From NCBI GenBank assembly GCA_021799495.1, contig JAJZAI010000014.1, forward strand, positions 8 to 64,007: DNA of 64,000 bases, read 5' to 3'. The position numbers were made by a program, and so were the translations under genes. The notes under the pieces were generated by a model, which was not told the DNA's origin, did not search any database, and saw only the letters and a program-made list of their open reading frames with translations. Shown here piece by piece: positions 18,601-26,906 of this stretch. The DNA is from Deltaproteobacteria bacterium (GTDB taxonomy: Bacteria > Desulfobacterota > Binatia > Binatales > Binataceae). Every line of letters begins with the position of its first letter. Position 1 is the stretch's first letter.

Positions 18601-19335
18601 ATGTTTGAGCGGTTGAGGAAGCGATTGGCCGGCGCGGCGATCGCGCTGGCGATAATCGCCGCCACGATCGCCGCGGCCGCCGCATATGAAGGCGGTCCGA
18701 TCGCGAACGGCGGAACGATCGCGGGCGTGGTCCTCTATGGCGGAACGCCGCCGCCTTTGAAACGGCTCGAAATCAGCAAAGACCGTGACGTTTGCGGCGC
18801 GCATCCGCTCTACGACCAATCGCTGGTGGTCGCGCCCGACGGCGGAATCGCCAACGCGGTGGTGACCCTTCCCGACATTAAAAGGGGCGAACCGATGACG
18901 CCGCTTAAAGGTGTGACGCTCGATCAGAAGGGCTGCGAGTACGAGCCGCATCTGCTCGCTTTTCCCGCCGGCAGCACGATCAAGATCGTCAACTCCGACG
19001 GCATCCTGCACAGCATCCATACGGAATCGACGATCAATCCGGTGGTCGATATGGCGCAGCCCGGTTTCAAAAAGATGATCTCGGTGACGGTGCGGAAGCC
19101 CGAGGCGATCAAGGTGACCTGCGACGCGCACAACTGGATGGAAGGCTGGTGGTACGCGACGGCGAATCCTTACTATGCCGTGACCGACGCCCACGGCCGC
19201 TTTTCGATCCGCAATGTGCCGCCGGGGACCTATACGATCGAAGTCTGGCAGGAAAAGCTCGGCACGGCGCGCGAAGAGGTCGTCGTGCCGGCCGACGGCG
19301 TCGCGAACGTCAAATTCACGCTCAAACCCAGGTGA
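18601..19335 (+). CDS. Secreted cupredoxin-like protein (type-1 Cu ligand pattern) with C-terminal carboxypeptidase-regulatory-like beta-sandwich
   Basis: 244-aa ORF with a signal peptide (LAGAAIALAIIAATIAAAAAYE). It has IVNSDGILHSIH and then VTCDAHNWMEG, i.e. a His...Cys-x2-His-x2-Met arrangement as in amicyanin-type blue copper sites. The C-terminal TDAHGRFSIRNVPPGTYTIEVW is the CarboxypepD_reg signature. Confidence 0.65.
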   Translation: MFERLRKRLAGAAIALAIIAATIAAAAAYEGGPIANGGTIAGVVLYGGTPPPLKRLEISKDRDVCGAHPLYDQSLVVAPDGGIANAVVTLPDIKRGEPMTPLKGVTLDQKGCEYEPHLLAFPAGSTIKIVNSDGILHSIHTESTINPVVDMAQPGFKKMISVTVRKPEAIKVTCDAHNWMEGWWYATANPYYAVTDAHGRFSIRNVPPGTYTIEVWQEKLGTAREEVVVPADGVANVKFTLKPR

Positions 19336-19414
19336 CGCGGCGCCGGCCGCAAGCGCACCGCGATGCGCGGCGTGATGATTCTCGCGGCGCACGCGAAGCG
19401 CTAGAATAGCCGCG

Positions 19415-19783
19415 ATGATAAAACGGTTCGAACGGCTCGAAATAGCCGCCAGCGACCTCGACGACGCCGTGCGCGTCTACCAATCCAACTTCGGTTTTAC
19501 CGTGCGGCGTCAGGCCGGTTCTGAAGAGGCGGCGATCGCGATCGGCGACTCCGAAATCCGTCTGCGCGCGGGCGCCGCGGCGGCGCCGCAAATCGCGGCG
19601 AACGGCGAGGGCCTGATGGCCGTATGGCTGGAGGCCGACGACGTCGATACGGTCGCGGCGGCGCTCGATCGCGCGGGCCTTGAGCGCCGGCCGGTGCGGC
19701 GCGAAGGCGGATGGCGCGTGCTGGAAGTCGATCCGAAATCCGCGAACATGACGCCGCTCTATATTTTCGATCGCCGTCAATAA
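19415..19783 (+). CDS. VOC (glyoxalase/bleomycin-resistance/dioxygenase) family protein
   Basis: 122-aa ORF with FERLEIAASDLDDAVRVYQSNFGF, typical of the first beta-alpha-beta-beta-beta module of VOC proteins. Confidence 0.65.
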   Translation: MIKRFERLEIAASDLDDAVRVYQSNFGFTVRRQAGSEEAAIAIGDSEIRLRAGAAAAPQIAANGEGLMAVWLEADDVDTVAAALDRAGLERRPVRREGGWRVLEVDPKSANMTPLYIFDRRQ

Positions 19784-19907
19784 ACCATCTCTCGTCCAGT
19801 TCGCGCGCCGTTGCGAATAGCCATGCCGGCGCGCCACGCCAGCCGGCGTCCGATTATCTGAAAAATCCCGCGTTGTGAGGAATTACCGGCGGGATTAGAT
19901 TGAAATC

Positions 19908-20447
19908 ATGGATGGGCGATTGCGGCTAATGCAGTCAGGCCCGCGCTCAAGCGAGACCTCCGGCCGGCCGGTTCGGAAAAATCAGGGCCGACGGCGGCTT
20001 CCAGTCACGATAATCGCAAGCGTCGCTCTCGCGGCCCTCGCCGGATGCTTCAACCGGACGCAACCGGTCGGACCGGTCCCTTACGGCAACATCGCGGATT
20101 ACATGTCCTACGCCAACACCGACGATTTAGGGCCGCTGCCGTACTATTCGCCGATCGATTGGCTGTGGTATCCGGAACCGTTTGGAATCTACCAGAATTA
20201 CGGATGGTATCCGTATTTTCGCGGCGATGGCGATCACAACTGCGATGACGGTTATTGTGGCGGCCGGCGGCGTCCGAATCCGTTTGGCCATCCGCCGCCC
20301 GCGCCAACCTCGCCGATGCGCTTTGAAATGGCCGAGCACGGCGGCGCATCGCCGGGCGAGGAACACGCCTTCATGGGCGGATTCCATGACGGATTCGGCG
20401 GAATGCATGATTTCGGCGGCTTTCATGGTGGTGGCGGCCATCGCTAG
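19908..20447 (+). CDS. Hypothetical lipoprotein, aromatic-rich core and Gly/His-rich C-terminal tail
   Basis: 179-aa ORF with lipobox LAALAGC, a W/Y/P-rich middle (YYSPIDWLWYPEPFGIYQNYGWYPYF), and the tail GGFHDGFGGMHDFGGFHGGGGHR. The start codon is uncertain because the N-terminus is long and Arg-rich. Confidence 0.55.
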   Translation: MDGRLRLMQSGPRSSETSGRPVRKNQGRRRLPVTIIASVALAALAGCFNRTQPVGPVPYGNIADYMSYANTDDLGPLPYYSPIDWLWYPEPFGIYQNYGWYPYFRGDGDHNCDDGYCGGRRRPNPFGHPPPAPTSPMRFEMAEHGGASPGEEHAFMGGFHDGFGGMHDFGGFHGGGGHR

Positions 20448-20488
20448 CCGCGCGCGAAGCGGCTGTAACGGTCGAGAGCGGCGGCGGA

Positions 20489-21250
20489 TTAACGGAAATC
20501 CGGATCGAATTCGGCGCGGACGGCGGCTTCGAGCTGGCGGGTCAATTCGGCGCGATCGGCGCTCTTCAGTCCGGCGGTCGGAAGCGGCGCGCCCAAGCGG
20601 ATCTTCATCCGGTGGCCCGGCACGACGAACTTCGCGCCGCGCGGCATGATCGTGCAAGTGCCGCTGATCGCCATCGGGATGCACGGCAGCCTGGTCAGAA
20701 TCGCGAGCCACGCCGCGCCGTCGCTGAATTCGTGCACCTGGTTGTCGCTGTACCGATGGCCTTCGGCGAAGACGCAGATGCGGTAGCCGTGGCCGGCGAC
20801 CTCGCGCGCGCGACGGATCGCTTTGCCGCCGGCTTCGCGATCGATCACGATATTTTCCGATTTGTGCAGGATAAAGCCGAGAATCGGCAGCTTTTGAATC
20901 TCTTTTTTCGCGACGAAGCGGACCTCGCCCGGAAGGTGGCAAATCACCGCAAGGATGTCGAAAAGGCTCTGGTGATTGGCGACGAAGACGCATCCGTCCA
21001 GCCCGGCGAGATTCTCCAGGCCTTCGAGCTCCACGCGGACGCCGCAGGTGCGCAGGATGCACCAGCTCCAGGCGCGGATTATCGGCGTCGCCGCGTGGCC
21101 GTGGTTAAAGAACGATGCGAGCGCCGAAGGAAACGAGAAGATTACCGTGTAAAGGATCGAAAGAATCGTCGCGATTACGCCGTAAAGCGCGCGCAGGCGG
21201 CGGAATTTCGAGGCCGCGGGCAGGGTGGCGGCGGAGGCTTCAGGCGTCAT
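20489..21250 (-). CDS. plsC: 1-acyl-sn-glycerol-3-phosphate acyltransferase (lysophospholipid acyltransferase)
   Basis: 253-aa ORF with the HX4D motif (ANHQSLFD), FVAKKE and FAEGHR blocks, and an N-terminal TM anchor. Confidence 0.88.
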   Translation of the reverse strand: MTPEASAATLPAASKFRRLRALYGVIATILSILYTVIFSFPSALASFFNHGHAATPIIRAWSWCILRTCGVRVELEGLENLAGLDGCVFVANHQSLFDILAVICHLPGEVRFVAKKEIQKLPILGFILHKSENIVIDREAGGKAIRRAREVAGHGYRICVFAEGHRYSDNQVHEFSDGAAWLAILTRLPCIPMAISGTCTIMPRGAKFVVPGHRMKIRLGAPLPTAGLKSADRAELTRQLEAAVRAEFDPDFR

Positions 21251-21353
21251 CGCGCGGTTCGCGCCGCGGCGCTGGAAATCCGCGGACGAGAGAGATTAGC
21301 TAATCGTTCGGACGTTGACAGGCAAGCGCCGCGAACCAATCGGCCGGAACCGC

Positions 21354-22196
21354 TCAGACCGTGCGCGGCTGAGCGGTTTGCGCCGCCGCGAGCGCGCGCG
21401 GCTGACGGTAGCGCGGCACGACCAGCGCGGTCGCCGCGAGCATCAGCAGCAGAGCTTGCGCCGCCAGCGTTTCGACCGTCGGGAACAGGCCAAGCATCGC
21501 GATGGTCGGCACGTGATTGACGAAATTCGCCGCCAACACGCCCGATTCCTGGAAGCTCGCGATTCCCTGGCCGGCAAAGATCACCGCCAGCGCATAGAGC
21601 ATCACCGAGGTCGCCGAGAAAAATGCACCGATCGGGATGCGCTGGATCATCCGGCGCGCGCTGATGAAAACGATCGTGAGCGCGACCGCGCCGGCGATTA
21701 CGCCAAGGAAGATCGCGTGACGTTCGATTCTTTCGGTCGCGCCGGAAACCAGCGCCTGAAAGAACACGATGGTCTCGGCGCCCTCGCGCATCACCGCGAG
21801 GAAAGCCGTAAGTCCCAGGGCGATCGACGCGCCGGCGTTGCCGCTGGCGTTCGCGACCTGCGACTTGATGAAATTCTTCCAGCGTTCGGCCTGGCCGCGG
21901 GCGGTCAGCCACGAACTGACGTAAAAGAGCGTCGCCGCCGCGGTGAGCTGGAAGACGCCTTCGAGCGTGTCGCTGGTATTGTCGCCGATGAGGTGATTCA
22001 CGGCCCACGCCAGCGCCAGGCTTACGCCGATCGCCAGCAATCCGCCGCCGTAAACGATTCGCGCGCGGCGGTCCTGTCCGGCTTCATGGACGCCGGCGAC
22101 CAGCGCCAGAATCACCAGAAGCGCCTCGAGGCCTTCTCGAAACAGGATTCCCGAAGAGTAAAAGAAATACGGAACGACGGTTGACGTGCTGAGCAT
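21354..22196 (-). CDS. FTR1-family high-affinity iron permease
   Basis: This is the C-terminal 280 codons of the 647-aa track ORF 21354..23297, starting at ATG 22196 (MLSTSTVV...). It has two REXXE motifs (REGLEA, REGAET) and seven hydrophobic segments. The upstream part of the track ORF is antisense to hbd and rejected. Confidence 0.85.
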   Translation of the reverse strand: MLSTSTVVPYFFYSSGILFREGLEALLVILALVAGVHEAGQDRRARIVYGGGLLAIGVSLALAWAVNHLIGDNTSDTLEGVFQLTAAATLFYVSSWLTARGQAERWKNFIKSQVANASGNAGASIALGLTAFLAVMREGAETIVFFQALVSGATERIERHAIFLGVIAGAVALTIVFISARRMIQRIPIGAFFSATSVMLYALAVIFAGQGIASFQESGVLAANFVNHVPTIAMLGLFPTVETLAAQALLLMLAATALVVPRYRQPRALAAAQTAQPRTV

Positions 22197-22208
22197 AAGC
22201 GCCTGATT

Positions 22209-22227
22209 GATAATGATTCTCAATTTG
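22209..22227 (-). promoter_or_regulatory. Fur-box-like operator upstream of the FTR1 gene
   Basis: GATAATGATTCTCAATTTG matches the 19-bp Fur consensus GATAATGATAATCATTATC at 14/19 positions by hand alignment. It is embedded in the inverted repeat ATTGA-N9-TCAAT and lies 13-31 nt upstream of the start codon. Confidence 0.5.
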
Positions 22228-22553
22228 AAAGGTAACCCCGCGCTATCGATCTTGTCAAGCGCATCCGCGCGCCGATGGCTTGCCGCTGTTGCGCGAGCGG
22301 TGTAATTTTGAAAAAGCAGCGAGGCGGAGGAGCGCAAGCTCCCGCTTCGTCGTTTTTTTTCGGGCGGCGACGATGAGGAAAAGAATCCTCGCCGGCGCCC
22401 GTTGAGAGCGCGATCGGCGGCTGGCGCGGCGCGCGCGGAAATGGCCGATCGGGTTACTTGACTGCAAGAGCCGCGCGCGACAGTTTCAACCTGAATGCGG
22501 ACGAAGAACGCCGCCGATGCGGCGTGCGGCGGCAAGGCGCCGGGAGGAATCGG

Positions 22554-23444
22554 ATGAGCGTAACCACGGTGGGGGTGCTTGGCGCGGGGCAGATGGGCGG
22601 CGGCGTCGCGCAGGTGGCGGCGCAGGCGGGCGTCAATGTCCTCCTCAACGACGTCTCGGACGAACTGGTCAAGCGCGGTTTCGCCGCGATCGAGCGCAAT
22701 CTGGATCGGATGATCCAGCGCGGCCGTTTCAAACCGGATGAGCGCGACCGGATTCTGAGGCGAATCGACGTCACGGCGAAGCTCGACGACCTGCGCCATA
22801 CCGATTTCGTGATCGAGGCGGTGGTGGAGAATGAAGACGCCAAAATCGCGCTGTTCCAGAAGCTCGATCAGTTTTGTCCGCCGCACGTGATTTTCGCCTC
22901 CAACACTTCGTCGATTTCGATCACCCGGATGGGCGCGCGGACCAGCCGGGCGGACCGGTTCATCGGGATGCACTTCATGAATCCGGTGCCGGCGATGCGG
23001 CTGGTCGAGATAATCCGCGGCCTGGCGACGTCGCAGGAAACCTACGAAGCAACGCGCACGCTGGCCGAGCGGCTGGGCAAGAACACGATGACGGCGGAGG
23101 ATTTTCCCGGATTTATCGTCAACCGGATTCTGCTGCCGATGATCAACGAGGGCATCTACACGCTCTACGAGGGCGTTGGCGGCGTAATCGATATCGACAC
23201 CGCGATGAAGCTCGGCACGAACCAGCCGATGGGGCCGCTGGAGCTGGCGGACCTGATCGGCCTCGACACCTGCCTCGCGATCATGGAAGTGATGCATCGC
23301 GTGTTCGGCGACGACAAGTACCGGCCGTGCCCATTGCTGAAGAAATATGTGGATGCCGGCTACCTCGGCCGGAAGGTCGGCCGCGGCTTCTATACCTATG
23401 ACCCCCAGGGCAATCCAATTGCGCCGACCGCGCAGAGCCGCTGA
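22554..23444 (+). CDS. hbd: 3-hydroxyacyl-CoA / 3-hydroxybutyryl-CoA dehydrogenase
   Basis: Internal ATG 22554 of ORF 22458..23444, preceded by GGGAGGA. It has the Rossmann motif VGVLGAGQMGGGVA, then NTSSISIT and GFIVNRIL. Confidence 0.92.
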   Translation: MSVTTVGVLGAGQMGGGVAQVAAQAGVNVLLNDVSDELVKRGFAAIERNLDRMIQRGRFKPDERDRILRRIDVTAKLDDLRHTDFVIEAVVENEDAKIALFQKLDQFCPPHVIFASNTSSISITRMGARTSRADRFIGMHFMNPVPAMRLVEIIRGLATSQETYEATRTLAERLGKNTMTAEDFPGFIVNRILLPMINEGIYTLYEGVGGVIDIDTAMKLGTNQPMGPLELADLIGLDTCLAIMEVMHRVFGDDKYRPCPLLKKYVDAGYLGRKVGRGFYTYDPQGNPIAPTAQSR

Positions 23445-23479
23445 ATCTGGCGGGCGGCGGCGCGAAGGAGGGCGGCGAA

Positions 23480-23713
23480 ATGGCGGTGAAGGCGTTCATA
23501 TTGATCGATACCTCGCCCGGCAAGGCGCGCGACGTGGCGGAGAAGCTGCGCCAGGCGCCCGAAGTGTCCGCGGCGCACGCGGTCACGGGCCCGCATGATA
23601 TCGTTGCGATTATCGAGGCGCCGGACGTATCCGCGCTGGGCGAACTGATCGTGCAGCGGATCCAGAGCGTCGCGGGCGTTAACCGCACGCTTACGTCGAT
23701 CGTCGCCGATTGA
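23480..23713 (+). CDS. Stand-alone Lrp/AsnC-type ligand-binding (RAM) domain protein
   Basis: 77-aa ORF with MAVKAFILIDTSPGKARDVAEKL...VSAAHAVTGPHDIVAIIEAPD, the beta-alpha-beta-beta-alpha-beta RAM pattern without an HTH. Confidence 0.75.
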   Translation: MAVKAFILIDTSPGKARDVAEKLRQAPEVSAAHAVTGPHDIVAIIEAPDVSALGELIVQRIQSVAGVNRTLTSIVAD

Positions 23714-23828
23714 AGGGCCGGCGCGTCCGAACCGGCGGCCGGACGGATGGCCGGCTGGAAATTCCGCCGCCGCGCCCGAGACGGCGTGGCTGCGGCGCGA
23801 ACGACAACGAGCAAGGAACCTGTTAGCG

Positions 23829-24329
23829 ATGGCTGAGTTACCCGTAGTCAAGCGGTTGCGCAAGGAGATGGAAACGCTCAAGCGGGAGCTGAATGTCGAG
23901 CTGCCCAAGGAGCTTGAACGCGCGCGCGCGCACGGCGATTTGTCGGAAAACGCGGAATGGGCGATGGCCAAGCAGCGTCAGGAGTTCCTGCGCGCGCGGC
24001 TCAACAATCTGGAGGCGCGCGTCGCCGAGCTCTCGATGATCAATGTCGAATCGATCCCGCGCGACACGGTCGGTCTCGGCAGCAAGGTCGAACTCGAGGA
24101 TTTGGACGAGGGCGGCACGCTCGAATACGAAATCGTGGTTCCCGAGGAAGTCGACGGCGCGCAGAACCGCATCTCGCTTTCATCGCCGCTCGGCCACGCC
24201 TTGATCGGCAAAGCTTCGGACGACGATATCGAAGTGCAGACGCCGAAGGGCAAACGCTCCTATCTGGTGCGCCGCCTGACCACGATCCACGAGCTTATCG
24301 CGCGCGAGGCGGAGGCGGGCGGAAACTAG
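23829..24329 (+). CDS. greA: Transcription elongation factor GreA
   Basis: 166-aa ORF with a coiled-coil N-domain carrying the acidic tip (HGDLSENAEW) and a C-terminal FKBP-like domain (ISLSSPLGHALIGK). Confidence 0.93.
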   Translation: MAELPVVKRLRKEMETLKRELNVELPKELERARAHGDLSENAEWAMAKQRQEFLRARLNNLEARVAELSMINVESIPRDTVGLGSKVELEDLDEGGTLEYEIVVPEEVDGAQNRISLSSPLGHALIGKASDDDIEVQTPKGKRSYLVRRLTTIHELIAREAEAGGN

Positions 24330-24488
24330 ACGCGAAGCGCAGCGACGCCGGCGCCGGATGAATCTGGCGCGCGGTCGAAAAGTTCACAGAGTTGCTTGCG
24401 TTTTCTGGGGCGCGGACGCCCCAAGTGGGAAAGCTGCGCCATATCCAGCGGAGCCTGCATGTCCGGTTCCGGCGCCGGCGGGCGGCGC

Positions 24489-24506
24489 GGAATTTTTCAA
24501 AATTCC
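24489..24506. promoter_or_regulatory. Perfect palindrome GGAATTTT-TC-AAAATTCC in an AT-rich patch, upstream of a sigma-54-type promoter
   Basis: 8-bp arms with a 2-nt spacer, 35 nt upstream of the -24 element, followed by TTATTTATTAGGTAG. This could be an enhancer/UAS or an IHF-type bending region. The function is inferred only. Confidence 0.35.
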
Positions 24507-24540
24507 TTATTTATTAGGTAGTTGCCGGCTTTGAGCGCGA

Positions 24541-24556
24541 CGGCACGTTCAATGCA
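24541..24556 (+). promoter_or_regulatory. Candidate sigma-54 (-24/-12) promoter
   Basis: CGGCACGTTCAATGCA has GG at 24542-24543 and GC at 24554-24555, the exact consensus register. GGCACG matches the -24 core. It lies 63 nt upstream of ATG 24619, and an NtrC-type activator gene is 2.3 kb away. Confidence 0.55.
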
Positions 24557-24618
24557 CATACTCCATCTTGACCACGGGACCGCCAGCACGCCGGACCCGG
24601 AAGAGGAGTATCGCGTTC

Positions 24619-25068
24619 ATGGCGAATCAGATTGTATCCGAGGGCGAAGATTTCGGCGGCACGCTGCTGCCAGCGCAATACTATCAGTTGATTCGGCGGC
24701 ATGCGCCGCTCGGCGGTGAGATGCGCTTGCTGTACGCCGTGCTCGAAGACGCGATGCGCTGCTATCTGGCGACACGCAATTCCCGCTCGCGGCATCAGCG
24801 GATTCGGTTCATCGAGGTCCAGAACTGGTTCGGACCGCGCCCGCCGTGGGCGCCGCCGGCGATCGGACTGTTCGCGTTCGAGCCGCTTTGCGACGCCCTT
24901 GGCATCAACCCCGAGGCGGTGCGCAAGTGCCTGGAAACCATGACGTTGTCGGATGTGCCGACGCGGCGCCATCGGCGTACGGCGCCGTCCACGATCGCGG
25001 CGCATCGGCGCCGTTCGCGCGGCGATCGCCGATTGGGGGAAGGTAGCGCGGTGCGAGCCGCTGTTTAG
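24619..25068 (+). CDS. Hypothetical protein (149 aa), basic C-terminal tail
   Basis: Internal ATG 24619 of ORF 24568..25068, preceded by GAGGAG (24603-24608). Codon usage looks host-like. I recognise no motif. The core is LLYAVLEDAMRCYL...FAFEPLCDALGINPEAVRKCL and the tail is Arg-rich. Confidence 0.5.
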   Translation: MANQIVSEGEDFGGTLLPAQYYQLIRRHAPLGGEMRLLYAVLEDAMRCYLATRNSRSRHQRIRFIEVQNWFGPRPPWAPPAIGLFAFEPLCDALGINPEAVRKCLETMTLSDVPTRRHRRTAPSTIAAHRRRSRGDRRLGEGSAVRAAV

Positions 25069-25107
25069 CCTTGCATGCTGGGTGTACAAATACGAGTTTA
25101 GGCGGCT

Positions 25108-26478
25108 GTGGTCCTGAAAGGAAAATTGGATTTCAATTTCGATCCGCTTCCGCGCCGGGCAACGGTTATCTATTTTGCGTTCGGATTGCCTTGGGTTGCT
25201 CTCTCGGAATACGTGCTGCCAGCGGCTCCATTTTACGGCAGCCTGCTGAACCGCGCTACTTTTGTGATCGTTTCCGGCGCGGCTCTATTTTTCATCCTGA
25301 ATGCATGGCGACGGCGGGTCAAAGTGATCGAAACCGGGTTGCAAGAAGCGATCGGACGGGCGGCCGCTTATTTCGACTCCGCTCAATGGGGAATTATCAG
25401 CATAGATCGGGTAGGCCTGATTCGCCGCGCCAATCCAAAAGCACAAGAACTTTTTGGATACACCAGCGAAGAATTGGAAGGCCAATCGATAGATATCCTC
25501 ATTCCCGATCGGATTCGCGCGCGCCACGCCGGCCATCGCAAAGACTATTTCGCGGCTCCGCGAAATCGGCCAATGGGTATCGGAATGGATCTAACCGCCC
25601 GCCGCAAGGACGGCTCGGAGTTTCCCGTCGAGGTAAGCCTCCATCTTATCAAGACCGAGGCGGGTGGCGTCGTTAGCGCCTTTGTTTCGGATATCAGCGA
25701 ACGGCTCAAGCTGGAACGCGAGGCGCGGCGCGGCGAGACGCTGACCGCGCTCGGCGCGGTCGCGGCCGGCGTCGCGCATGAATTGAACAATCCATTGGCG
25801 GTGGTCTCCTCGCGAATCGAATTGATGATGCAGACGGGCGCCAGCGAGCTTTCGCCGCAGATGCGCGAGGATCTGGAAGTCGTCAGGCGCAACGCCGCGC
25901 GCGCCAGCCAGATTGCGTCGGAATTGCTGAATTCGGCGCGCCAGCGCCGGCTCGAACGCCAGCTCGTGAATTTGAACGATCTGATTAACGAGACGACGCT
26001 TTTGTTTCGCGAGCAGTTTCGGCGCGATGCGATCGCGCTGAAAGTCTCGGCTGCCGAGGCGCTGCCGGCCGTAAAGGGCGACCGCGGCGCGCTCGGCCAG
26101 GTGCTGATCAATTTGCTGAGCAACGCACGCGACGCGCTGGGCGCAAATGGCGAAATCCGGATCAGCGCCGCCGCCGCGCCGGATCGCCCGGGATTCGTAC
26201 AACTCCGGGTCGAAGACAGCGGCCCCGGAATTCCGCCGGATGCCAGAGCGAAAATTTTCGACGTTTTTTACACGACCAAAAATAACGGCACCGGACTCGG
26301 ACTGTGGTTGTCGCGGCGGATCGTGCTCGAACATCAGGGGCAGATCGAGGTTGAATCCGAGCCGGGGCGCGGCACGGCGTTCACGATTACGCTGCCCGCG
26401 GCGCCGGACGATCAGGACGCGGCCGGGCGTCCGACGAACAGCGGCGCAATGAATGATTCGCGCACGTCTGAAAATTGA
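25108..26478 (+). CDS. PAS-domain sensor histidine kinase
   Basis: 456-aa ORF with two N-terminal TM segments, a PAS domain (GIISIDRVGLIRRANPKAQELFGYTSEELEGQSIDILIP), H-box GVAHELNNPLAV, and N/G boxes (LLSNARDA, GTGLGLWLSRRIV). Confidence 0.9.
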   Translation: MVLKGKLDFNFDPLPRRATVIYFAFGLPWVALSEYVLPAAPFYGSLLNRATFVIVSGAALFFILNAWRRRVKVIETGLQEAIGRAAAYFDSAQWGIISIDRVGLIRRANPKAQELFGYTSEELEGQSIDILIPDRIRARHAGHRKDYFAAPRNRPMGIGMDLTARRKDGSEFPVEVSLHLIKTEAGGVVSAFVSDISERLKLEREARRGETLTALGAVAAGVAHELNNPLAVVSSRIELMMQTGASELSPQMREDLEVVRRNAARASQIASELLNSARQRRLERQLVNLNDLINETTLLFREQFRRDAIALKVSAAEALPAVKGDRGALGQVLINLLSNARDALGANGEIRISAAAAPDRPGFVQLRVEDSGPGIPPDARAKIFDVFYTTKNNGTGLGLWLSRRIVLEHQGQIEVESEPGRGTAFTITLPAAPDDQDAAGRPTNSGAMNDSRTSEN

Positions 26479-26497
26479 TTCGCACTCAGATGGGAAA

Positions 26498-26890
26498 ATG
26501 CAGGTGGAAGCGCCAAAAATTTTGATCGTCGATGACGAACGCGATTTGGTGGAGACCTGCGCACGTTTTCTCAAGCTCGCGAAATATGATTGCCTGCAGG
26601 CCTTCAACAAGTCCGGGGCGATCCTCAAAATTGACGAATTCAGTCCGCATCTGGTGCTGACCGATTTGCATCTGCCGGACGGAACGGGATTCGAGGTGAT
26701 CCGCTATGCGCGGTTGAAAAATCCGGGTTCGCTGGCGATATTGATCACTGCCTATCATTCGCCCGACGCTGAAAGGACGGCGTCGGAAGCGGGCGTTAAC
26801 GCCTATCTGTCCAAGCCGTTCGCGATGTCTGATCTGAGCAAGGCTGTGGAAAGGACGATCGACCGGATCTGCTTGAGCGGGCCGCTCTGA
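26498..26890 (+). CDS. Single-domain response regulator (CheY-like receiver)
   Basis: Internal ATG 26498 of ORF 26453..26890, 20 nt after the kinase stop. It has ILIVDDE, the phospho-acceptor context LVLTDLHLPDGTG, and SKPF. Confidence 0.88.
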   Translation: MQVEAPKILIVDDERDLVETCARFLKLAKYDCLQAFNKSGAILKIDEFSPHLVLTDLHLPDGTGFEVIRYARLKNPGSLAILITAYHSPDAERTASEAGVNAYLSKPFAMSDLSKAVERTIDRICLSGPL

Positions 26891-26906
26891 GCGCGGAACG
26901 CGGCGA

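Noticed and set aside
22197-23297. The N-terminal 367 codons of the 647-aa track ORF 21354..23297.
   Set aside because: Only the last 280 codons (from ATG 22196) encode the FTR1 permease. The upstream part is antisense to hbd and to the intergenic region, is Arg-rich, and would place the Fur-box-like site inside a coding region.
24385-24410. GGGGCG-CGGA-CGCCCC hairpin after greA, considered as a terminator.
   Set aside because: The T-tract lies on the 5' side (wrong side for the plus-strand greA), and no minus-strand gene ends there. The stem is only 6 bp.
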